DNA from: a virus
Taxonomy: Duplodnaviria; Caudoviricetes
DNA length: 41,847 bases
IMG/VR virus record: IMGVR_UViG_3300034388_000042
Coordinates: 1-41,847 of that record
Strand: one strand, 5' to 3'
This document shows, piece by piece, positions 34,468 to 41,847 of this stretch (positions within the stretch are counted from its first letter, which is position 1; each line of letters starts with the position of its first letter). The notes under the pieces are model-generated. The model was not told the DNA's origin, made no database searches, and saw only the letters and a program-made list of their open reading frames with translations. Made by a program: the position numbers and the translations under genes.

Positions 34468-35976
34468 TCAGGTGACATTCAAAAGGACAAAAGCGGAGTC
34501 GTTCACACTGTCCGCCCCCACCCTGTAGTACGCATACCAACCGCGGGAACCGGTCAGTCGGCCGTTGGCGCCGAACAGGTGCGGGATGAACTCGACAGAG
34601 AATCCGATCCGGTCGGCAATCACGTAGTTGCTGAAGTCGCCGTACGCGGCCATGTAGTTCTCAGCACCAGCATTGATGGTGCCGTCCATGTCCTCGGACT
34701 CGTACGCCCCGCGCCCCACCAGCTGCGGCGGGACGTCCGCGCCGATCCGCTCCCACATCTGAGCGCCACCGCTGGTATCGAACTGGCGCACGAGGTTGAA
34801 GGTCTTGCGGTTCGCCAACCACGAAGCGCCCCGGCGGTACCGGGCCGGGAGGGCGCCATCCACCTTGTAGATGTCCGCCGCGGCGAACGTGTCCGTGGTG
34901 GTGCTGGTCTGGATGATGCTCGGCGAGGAGGCCACCAGCGCCGTGACGATGCCCGTGGGCTGACCCACGCCAGACCCGGTGGCGAACGCCGCGGCCTCCA
35001 GGGTGTCCTTGCCGAACGCGAGGATGCGTGCCACCTCTTGGGTGACGTTCGCCTCGTCCTGCAGTGCCTCGATGGAGATCGGGATGAACCCGGCCGCCTT
35101 GTAGTTCGGCACCACCGGCTGACCAAAGGTGGTCGTGTCGTCGCTGACCTGAACGCCCTCGGCGTCCCAGCTCCAGGAGGCGGCGCCCGAGCTGACGCCG
35201 TTCCACACGTTGGTGGTGGCGACGACCGAGCGGGCGATCATCCGGATGTCGTTCCGGCTGCCCGCGCTGGTGATGATCACCGTGGGATCGAGCTGGAAGG
35301 GGACCAGCACGCCTCCGCTCGCATCGGTCAGCGACATGGTCCGGGACAGCACCTGCTGATCCGCGTCGGTCAGCGGCTTGCTACGCATCTTCTTCGACCA
35401 GGCCCGCATGTACTCCGGGCTGCTGGTCGCCAGGCACAGCTGGCTGATCGTGCCGGACTCGTCGTCGTACCGCTCGATGATGTCCGTCGCGGCCGCCCGC
35501 ACGCGGTCCGAGGCGCCGCCCATCCGCTCGACGGCCGACAGCGCCCGGGAGCGCAGCTCCTGCGTGACATCGGTCTTGTCCTTGCCGAAGGTCCGCACCT
35601 CGGACAAGTCCCACGGGTTGCGGAACCGCTTCTGCTCGATGCTGTCCGGCTCCAGGATCGGGTCCAGGTCGTAGTCGAATCCACCGGTCTGCAGCCCGCC
35701 GGCGCCGCGGTCCGTCTGGCCACGGCTCAGGGCATCCTGCGCCGCGGTCCGCAGGCCCTCACGGGTCACCCGCACCCGCTCGGTCGCCGCGGCCCGCTCC
35801 AGTGCCTTGCGGTGCTCGTCGACCTCGTCGAACTCGCGGGTCAGCTCAGCGAACGTGGTCTCATCCTCGGGGACGAGAGGACCAGCCTCGCCCTTGCGCT
35901 GCAGCCTTTCCAGCTCGTCGAAGATGTCCTTCAGGCGGGCGACCGCCTGGGAGTGCGTCAGGGTGACGCCGCTCAT
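34468..35976 (-). CDS. Major capsid protein, HK97 fold with N-terminal delta domain
   Basis: Coiled-coil N-terminus, GGVLVP, WDAEG, GSGVGQPTGI, YGDFSNYVIADR; GAGGAG RBS. Confidence 0.95.
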   Translation of the reverse strand: MSGVTLTHSQAVARLKDIFDELERLQRKGEAGPLVPEDETTFAELTREFDEVDEHRKALERAAATERVRVTREGLRTAAQDALSRGQTDRGAGGLQTGGFDYDLDPILEPDSIEQKRFRNPWDLSEVRTFGKDKTDVTQELRSRALSAVERMGGASDRVRAAATDIIERYDDESGTISQLCLATSSPEYMRAWSKKMRSKPLTDADQQVLSRTMSLTDASGGVLVPFQLDPTVIITSAGSRNDIRMIARSVVATTNVWNGVSSGAASWSWDAEGVQVSDDTTTFGQPVVPNYKAAGFIPISIEALQDEANVTQEVARILAFGKDTLEAAAFATGSGVGQPTGIVTALVASSPSIIQTSTTTDTFAAADIYKVDGALPARYRRGASWLANRKTFNLVRQFDTSGGAQMWERIGADVPPQLVGRGAYESEDMDGTINAGAENYMAAYGDFSNYVIADRIGFSVEFIPHLFGANGRLTGSRGWYAYYRVGADSVNDSAFVLLNVT

Positions 35977-36911
35977 CGTGTGCTCCTCTGGGTGTGCTCG
36001 ATGACGACCCGCCGCGCAGAAAGCCACCGGTTCAGATCGGTGCGCAATCCTGCGGGCCCGTCCTTTCGGGTCGGCGATCGGTGCTCACCGGGAGTGCCAT
36101 CGCTGCCATCCGGCGCCCCGGCAGGGGCGTGGCGGGCGGGCGTGGCGACGCTGGATCGCGGCCGTGCCGTCGTGCTGGTCGTGCTCTGCTCGCCGTCGTG
36201 CGCGTCCGCTATCAGGACGGCGCGGGCGAGAAGACTTCGGGTGGCCGGCTCGTGGAGCCGGGATAGGTCGATGACGCCACCGGCCGCGCGAACGTCCACC
36301 GACGTCGCCGTGTAGGCCGGCCACACCACGGGCCCGACCTCCGGAATCTTCACCTCGCGCAGGATCCGCAGCAGCGGCCCGTCCTCGGGTGGCTGCCACA
36401 GCATCTCGGCGATTTGCCGGGGGTCGGTCATCCGCTTGCCGGACGCGTCGTACCACTCGTCGCGGACCACGGAGAACCGGAAGCTCATGCCGTCGACAGC
36501 CCGCGCGGCGATCGCCTCGCGCACCGGCTCCACCAGCCAGTTCTCCATCAACCTACCCAGGCAGTGCAGGCCCTCCGGCTCCTCGACCGGGTACCCGTCG
36601 TCGTACATCCCGATCGGGATGGAGCCGATGAGCGGATGCCGGCCGTGGTCGAACTGCATGCGGGGCCGCTGCTCGCGCAGCGACTTCTTGAAGACCCCCG
36701 GCGCGTTCTGCTCGAGGAAGCAGCCCTCCCACGAGTCGATCATCGCGGTCGCGGGATCCTCACGGTCGCCCAGGGTCTTGGGGAACACCGCGCCGTACCC
36801 GTCCAGGATCCGGCCGTCGTCGCCCGCCCCGGCGGCCATGTCCCGCTGGACGAACCCGACCGTGCGGCTCAGGCCCTCCCGGGCCACCTCACGGACCATC
36901 ACGTCAGGCAC
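35973..36911 (-). CDS. Prohead maturation protease (HK97 type)
   Basis: GYGAVF, FDHG, GMSFRF, EVGPVVWPAY motifs. Confidence 0.92.
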   Translation of the reverse strand: MPDVMVREVAREGLSRTVGFVQRDMAAGAGDDGRILDGYGAVFPKTLGDREDPATAMIDSWEGCFLEQNAPGVFKKSLREQRPRMQFDHGRHPLIGSIPIGMYDDGYPVEEPEGLHCLGRLMENWLVEPVREAIAARAVDGMSFRFSVVRDEWYDASGKRMTDPRQIAEMLWQPPEDGPLLRILREVKIPEVGPVVWPAYTATSVDVRAAGGVIDLSRLHEPATRSLLARAVLIADAHDGEQSTTSTTARPRSSVATPARHAPAGAPDGSDGTPGEHRSPTRKDGPAGLRTDLNRWLSARRVVIEHTQRSTR

Positions 36912-38301
36912 CTGCGCCTCCCGTCGGTGCGCCAGCTGGCGCCGGAGTGGTGGAGTCGGCCGAGCCGGGTTTCTGGAGCTGCACAGAGTAGAGGCCGCTG
37001 TGCTTCAGGACTGACCAGTCATTGGCCAGAACGGCAGCCTTGACCGAGTCTGGTGTGTAGCCGGCATCCAGCAGGTTCCGGATCGTGATGGCCTCGGACT
37101 GCTGGATGGACGCGACGTCCTGAGCGTCGTCCCGCAGGAATGCGACACCGCGCGGGTCATACCAGAGCTGCGCGCCCGGCGGCGGAGGGAATAGGACCTG
37201 CATCGACCCGGCCACGTTCCGCCACAACGGCCGGAACGTCTTGTCACCCGTCGCACGCTTCGCTGCTGCGTAGTTCCCAGCATTCAGGGAGCTGCCCTGC
37301 ATTCCCTCGGAAAGGCCAGCCACAACGGGATGGATCCCGGCTGCGAGAGCGATCCTCGTCTCACCCTTTCCGACGACGTTCCCGAAGTCGACCTCCGCCA
37401 TATCCTTGCCGATGACCGTCACGTCCGCGCCGGCCCCGGTGTACAGGGTTTTGTAGGCGTTCTCAGCGCCCTTGTGGTCACGGTCCATCGCCTCGACGAA
37501 CTTGATGAACTTCTCCGGCTCGTCGACCTTCAGGGACACCGCAAGATTCGGTGTGGCAGCATTCTCCCAGAATGCCTGCTTGTGGAGCGTCGCCTGCCGG
37601 TCCGCCTGGATCTCCCGGACCACCGGAGTGAGCCATGACATGCCCCGGAATGTCGCCAGCGGATCCGGGAGCGGCGCGAAATGCGCCACCTCGTCCGGAA
37701 GGAACATGGCCGGCTCGTCAGTAATCCCCTGGCCGCCCTCATAGTAGGCATACCCGAGTTTCCGCCAGCCCACCTGCCTCGTCTTCCCGCCCATGTTGAT
37801 GAGTCGCTTCCCCAGCACGATGTCCACCCAGTCCGGGCGCAGCCGTACCAGTTCCGTGTTGATCCGTGCCCAATAGGCGTTCCCCGCCAGGTCCGCGTCC
37901 AGGAGCACGCGTGTCAGTAGGTCACCGGTCGTCCCGCCCATCCATGGAGTCTCCAGAAGTCCCAGCTCGGGCGTCCCGAACAGGTCACCTGGCCGTCCGG
38001 AGCGCAGTTGCTGCCAGATGAACCTGGCCTCGGAGAAGACGTTGAGCCGGATCCACTCAAGGCCAGCCACTATCGGGTTGTCAAACAGACCGCCCGCGGA
38101 ATAGCCGACGAATGAATTCGCGATCGGCTCGACCGGGTTACTGGGATACGTCGTCGAGATCGGCTGGCCACCCATGCCGACCGGGAAGTAGCTGCCCCCG
38201 AAGCTGAATCCCATCTGCTGGATGTACTGATCCAGGCTGTACCGCGCCCGGCCGGCCGGGACCAGGGACGTCGTGCCAGGCCGACGCCGGAACAGACTCA
38301 C
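36904..38301 (-). CDS. Portal protein
   Basis: DLAGNAY, LRPDWV, EVAHF..PDP...GMSWL HK97-type portal motifs. Confidence 0.92.
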   Translation of the reverse strand: MSLFRRRPGTTSLVPAGRARYSLDQYIQQMGFSFGGSYFPVGMGGQPISTTYPSNPVEPIANSFVGYSAGGLFDNPIVAGLEWIRLNVFSEARFIWQQLRSGRPGDLFGTPELGLLETPWMGGTTGDLLTRVLLDADLAGNAYWARINTELVRLRPDWVDIVLGKRLINMGGKTRQVGWRKLGYAYYEGGQGITDEPAMFLPDEVAHFAPLPDPLATFRGMSWLTPVVREIQADRQATLHKQAFWENAATPNLAVSLKVDEPEKFIKFVEAMDRDHKGAENAYKTLYTGAGADVTVIGKDMAEVDFGNVVGKGETRIALAAGIHPVVAGLSEGMQGSSLNAGNYAAAKRATGDKTFRPLWRNVAGSMQVLFPPPPGAQLWYDPRGVAFLRDDAQDVASIQQSEAITIRNLLDAGYTPDSVKAAVLANDWSVLKHSGLYSVQLQKPGSADSTTPAPAGAPTGGAGA

Positions 38302-38504
38302 CGGTGACGCACCACTGGCCGCGGCGAGCGGGCCACCAGCTGCAGCAGCACCGACGCCAGGCCCAGCACCGCAGCCGCAGCTGCCAGGCCGGCGCCGGCG
38401 CCCACCAGGCCACCCACCATCCCGGCTGCCGCCAGGCCGGCACCCACCGCGAGCAGCACGATGGCCACCAGCTCCAGAATGCTCGTCACCAACTCACCGC
38501 CCAC
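38298..38504 (-). CDS. Small membrane protein preceding portal
   Basis: Two hydrophobic helices; GTGA overlap with the portal start. Confidence 0.6.
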   Translation of the reverse strand: MGGELVTSILELVAIVLLAVGAGLAAAGMVGGLVGAGAGLAAAAAVLGLASVLLQLVARSPRPVVRHR

Positions 38505-38541
38505 GATCCACCGGCCCCTCTCTCGCTATCTCCAGGCCGCG

Positions 38542-38808
38542 TCAGGTATGGAGTACCGACACCAGAACGTCGGTGGGCGTCCCGCGGATCGCGTACACAA
38601 CGTCATTCGCCTGCAGTGGGATGACCGCCATCTCGCCGCCACGCAGATCGAATCCACTCCCCACCGCCACCCCGCTCGGACCGAGCACCACAATGTCCGA
38701 TCCGACCCAGCTACCATTCCTGACCGTCAGCGTCGAGGCCGCCGCATCAGCGGTATTCAGCGCCACCTCGGTTGAGCTGACCTTGATCCGTGCAGCCGTG
38801 ACCGCCAT
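38542..38808 (-). CDS. Small beta-rich protein (paralog B)
   Basis: LTVRN...VLGPSGVAVGSGF.L...NDVVYAI. Confidence 0.65.
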   Translation of the reverse strand: MAVTAARIKVSSTEVALNTADAAASTLTVRNGSWVGSDIVVLGPSGVAVGSGFDLRGGEMAVIPLQANDVVYAIRGTPTDVLVSVLHT

Positions 38809-39071
38809 CAGGCGCTCCGGATAATGACATTGGCCAGCACGAACCCTGAGGGGACAATCCCGTAAAGCTGGTCCCCAGGACGGACCTCAGAATGGAATTC
38901 CAGGTCGCGCCCGAAACGGTGGTATCCGCTCCCGGTACTCACGTCGGGCCCACCGATATACCAATCAGCGCTCTGGTCGATGTTGACCCAGATCTCAAGG
39001 TCACCGGCCACCGCCTCAACCAGAAGGACCGGGGTGTCCGTGACGGTAACTCCCACCGTGCGGAATGCCAT
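38808..39071 (-). CDS. Small beta-rich protein (paralog A)
   Basis: GAGG RBS before ATG 39071; IWVN...YIGGPDVSTGSGY...GDQLYGI. Confidence 0.65.
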   Translation of the reverse strand: MAFRTVGVTVTDTPVLLVEAVAGDLEIWVNIDQSADWYIGGPDVSTGSGYHRFGRDLEFHSEVRPGDQLYGIVPSGFVLANVIIRSA

Positions 39072-39093
39072 CGCTAGCGCCTCTCTCTCGTCA

Positions 39094-40632
39094 TCATCGC
39101 CATGCCACCAGCGGTATAGCCTCGACCGGCTCGGGGATCGTCGACAGGCCCCACAGCGCGCCCGTGAGCGCCACCAGGGGGCAGATGTCCGCCGAGGATG
39201 ACGTCCGGTCCCACGCCCAGGCGTCCAGCAACTTCCGCTTGCTGGCGCCCTTGATCGCATCCGTCAGGGCCCGCTGCCCGGCGTGCCGCCACGTGCGTTG
39301 CCGCTCGACCGCCGGCCGTCCGCCGGGCCCCAGCAGGTCCGCACCCTCCTGCAGGGACGCACCCGCCTTGAGCGCCGAGCAGGCCTGCGCCTGGTCCCGG
39401 CCACTCATCAGGTGCAGCAGGCCGTCCGGGTGGTCCCTGTCCGGCTCGATGAACCCGGCCTCCCGCAGCGCCGGCAGCAGTGCCCCCGCCGGCCCCGCTG
39501 GATCCAGCACCACTGGCCGCGGCCCCCACCGGTCACGCAACTCCACCAACCGGCCGACGGCCCACCCGTCGCCCTCCCGGTAGTCCGCCACCTCGCCGTG
39601 CGCTAGGCCGTCCCGCCGGGGGCCGGCTACGGCGATCGCCGCGGCCCGCGACCCGGGCGCCACGTCCAGGCACCACACCATCCAGTCGCCCGCGATCTCC
39701 GACCCCGGGTCGGTGACCGCCGCCCAGTCAGCGGCCGGGATCACCTGGTTGCCGTAGCCGCTGGGCACCCACAGGTTCAGGTACGCCCGGCAGAACTTCC
39801 CCAGGCCGCCGTTGTCGACGTCCGCCTTCGCTTTCTCCAGGGCGGCCCGCACGGTGTCCTCGGTGACCGTGTGGCCGAGCGCCGGCATACACGCCCACCA
39901 CGTGGCCGGATCCTCCGGGTCGGCGTCCTCGTCGGCGCTGTACTCGACGTACAGCACGCCCTCGTCGACACCCTGCTCGGCCATCAGCCGGCCCGAGTCG
40001 ACCTTGCCGCGAAGGTAGACCGACCGCTCGGTGCCGGCCGTCGACACGATCCACAGCTGCGCGGACCGGCGGGTCATCATCGCCGGTTCCATCGCCTGCT
40101 CGGTCCGGTCATCGACGGCCGCGAACGCCTCGTCGATGTCGCCGGCATCCAGCGTCCCGCCGTGGCCGGCGGTCTCGGTGTTGGCCTCGATCCCCCACAG
40201 GGAACCGTTCTCCCAGCAGATGGCCTCTTCGCCGATGGTCTTCCGTTCTTTCCACCGGCCGTTGAAACGCAGTGCCGCCCGCAGATCGGGAACCCAGTCA
40301 TCCAGCAGCTTCTTCTTCGCCGCTTTCCTGGTCTGGGCCGTGTAGAGCAGATTCTGGCGTCCACCGAACGCCTTGGCGTCCACCATTCTCTGCACGTTCT
40401 TCGCCAGCAGTAGCGTGGACTTCCCGGACTGCCGAGGAACGGTGAGCCGGCACTCTCTGTAGACCAGGTGCCCGCCGTCGTCACACTCGAGCGCTATGTC
40501 AAGAAGATCCTGCTGCCACGGCATGAGTGGCCTGCCCAGGGCGGCGGCGACCTTGCCTACCCTGGGCCCCCATGTTGGTCTGTTTTTACTCCGAGGTGTT
40601 GACCATGAGGGACGGGCAGTGCTCGGCGGCAC
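39094..40632 (-). CDS. terL: Terminase large subunit
   Basis: LMPWQ, Walker A VPRQSGKS, Walker B IDEAF, VSTAG, nuclease-domain LDV. GTG start chosen from the GGGAGG RBS. Confidence 0.95.
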   Translation of the reverse strand: MPPSTARPSWSTPRSKNRPTWGPRVGKVAAALGRPLMPWQQDLLDIALECDDGGHLVYRECRLTVPRQSGKSTLLLAKNVQRMVDAKAFGGRQNLLYTAQTRKAAKKKLLDDWVPDLRAALRFNGRWKERKTIGEEAICWENGSLWGIEANTETAGHGGTLDAGDIDEAFAAVDDRTEQAMEPAMMTRRSAQLWIVSTAGTERSVYLRGKVDSGRLMAEQGVDEGVLYVEYSADEDADPEDPATWWACMPALGHTVTEDTVRAALEKAKADVDNGGLGKFCRAYLNLWVPSGYGNQVIPAADWAAVTDPGSEIAGDWMVWCLDVAPGSRAAAIAVAGPRRDGLAHGEVADYREGDGWAVGRLVELRDRWGPRPVVLDPAGPAGALLPALREAGFIEPDRDHPDGLLHLMSGRDQAQACSALKAGASLQEGADLLGPGGRPAVERQRTWRHAGQRALTDAIKGASKRKLLDAWAWDRTSSSADICPLVALTGALWGLSTIPEPVEAIPLVAWR

Positions 40633-41251
40633 GAGCACCCTCCCGCCCCACGAAGTTGTCGCCCGTCCTATGACATGGGCGGCACTTCGGTGCGTAATGC
40701 GCTGGGTCTGCGCTGTACCTCCGTCGCAATCCATCCGGCTCGATCAGTTCCGCCGGATCGTCGTTCAAATACGACCACTCGGCGGCTTGGCTTCCACACT
40801 CGGTGCAGACCTGCGCTGACGCCGGTCCGCGCACTCCCCGGACCCTGTCGTGCGCCCCGCCGTAGCCGATGCGGTCGCCGAGCCAGTTATGGTGATCTTC
40901 TCCGAATGGACGGTTCCGGACAGTGAATGGAGATCCGGTGCGTACCCATCGCCGGTAGTGCGTCTCGCACCATCCGTGCCGGACGCGCCCCCTGCCGTCA
41001 CATCCGTCGATCGAACAACCTGTCGCCGCTCGAACCTCGGTATCCGGCCCGGCGACGTCTCCGCGCTTCGTCAGCCGCTTGTAGTGCATCCCACAGAGGC
41101 CAACGGTCAGTTCCCCGCCTCGGGAACACCCGTCGACGGAACAGGTCGCTGTCGACAGCGAGGCCATGTGCTGCCGGTAGTGCCTTCGGCACCGGTTGCG
41201 AGCCAGGACGGGGTTAGAGCAGTCGGCATTTGTGCAGGTCGCATCGGTCAT
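40586..41251 (-). CDS. HNH-like endonuclease with three N-terminal Zn-finger repeats
   Basis: Three C-x4-C...C-x2-HY.R repeats; C-terminal AHDRV...CTEC...EWSY...CRPCH. Confidence 0.7.
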   Translation of the reverse strand: MTDATCTNADCSNPVLARNRCRRHYRQHMASLSTATCSVDGCSRGGELTVGLCGMHYKRLTKRGDVAGPDTEVRAATGCSIDGCDGRGRVRHGWCETHYRRWVRTGSPFTVRNRPFGEDHHNWLGDRIGYGGAHDRVRGVRGPASAQVCTECGSQAAEWSYLNDDPAELIEPDGLRRRYSADPAHYAPKCRPCHRTGDNFVGREGARAAEHCPSLMVNTSE

Positions 41252-41293
41252 TGGTTCATTGTCCCACGTCAGTCTGGGAGCTTCTGCCGGTTC

Positions 41294-41785
41294 TCAGGCA
41301 CCGACGACCACCGGCCCGGCGCCGCCGAACAGGTCGTCCTCCTCCGCCTCCGTGGCGGTCACCAGCTCGTGAACGATCGAACGCAGCTCCCGCGACAATG
41401 GCGGCACGATCCGAGGGTCGGCCACCTGCACCGCCGGACTGTCCAGCACCTGCGCGAGAACGTCCGCGACCCGCTCCAGGGTCCTGGCCGCCGGGTGCTT
41501 GGAGAACACCGCGGCCAGGTCCCCGCGCAGCGCCTCCCGGATCGAGCCTGCCTCCACCGCCTGACCGTCCGGCTCACCCGCGGAGGCCTCCACCTCAGCC
41601 GGTACGGGCGAGGCCACCTCGTCGGGCTGGACGACCCGCAGCGGCGACCGCTTGCGCCGCTCGCGCTTCAAGTCCCGGGCCCTCCGATGAGCCGGACACC
41701 GAGTCGGTAGCGGCCCGCGCGCACCGGCCTCGTGCTCGCAGGCATCCGGAGGGCAGTCCGTGCACCGGTAGGTCCGACGGTCCAC
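41294..41785 (-). CDS. Terminase small subunit (putative)
   Basis: First gene of the packaging module; helical LAQVLD...PPLSRELRSIVHEL C-terminal domain. Confidence 0.7.
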   Translation of the reverse strand: MDRRTYRCTDCPPDACEHEAGARGPLPTRCPAHRRARDLKRERRKRSPLRVVQPDEVASPVPAEVEASAGEPDGQAVEAGSIREALRGDLAAVFSKHPAARTLERVADVLAQVLDSPAVQVADPRIVPPLSRELRSIVHELVTATEAEEDDLFGGAGPVVVGA

Positions 41786-41847
41786 AGGAACTCACCCCCG
41801 CCGGAAACCACCGCGTCATGATCGGCCCGCGCGAAAAAATGCTCGAC

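Larger units (their letters stand above)
1..41847 (-). mobile_element. Tailed dsDNA phage genome (siphovirus-like, probably actinobacterial host), apparently near complete
   Basis: Full module set in canonical order on the minus strand (TerS, TerL, portal, protease, MCP, tail, TMP, lysis, immunity remnants, recombination, replication, HNH). The window ends join HNH to TerS as in cos-type phages. No host genes seen. Confidence 0.93.

Noticed and set aside
34198-36315. Long plus-strand ORFs (also 2250-3899, 4060-5565, 8960-10534, 25822-27168)
   Set aside because: Antisense shadows of well-supported minus-strand genes, as expected in high-GC DNA.

Overview
The window looks like a complete or near-complete high-GC tailed (siphovirus-type) phage genome, most likely infecting an actinobacterium. 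It is opened between the terminal packaging HNH gene (74-382) and the small terminase (41294-41785). Almost all genes are on the minus strand, in this order: terminase, portal, HK97-type protease and capsid, head accessories, tail, lysis, a broken immunity region, an early operon, RecE-type recombination, RusA, a replication initiator with iterons, and a late regulator. The standout locus opens the early operon (15612-17792): an HTH gene, an unknown gene, a ~475-bp array of about 11 units built as CCGAC-NNN-(CC-NNN)5-8, and a stand-alone Cas7/RAMP-like gene, with no other cas genes and no CRISPR repeats. This suggests a phage RNA-guided system that uses a gapped pentamer code. Next to it, the immunity repressor survives only as a 20-codon stub and the integrase as a ~58-codon fragment, so the phage appears to be a lytic derivative of a temperate ancestor. 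Other notable items are a head-module beta-helix protein whose N-terminus is paralogous to a small head protein, a stand-alone TGT/DpdA-like gene, a candidate Acb2/Tad1-like sponge, and two mobile endonucleases in the packaging/head genes. All calls come from reading motifs and gene order by eye; no database searches were run. Many start codons were re-chosen from RBS and stop/start overlaps and differ from the ORF track.
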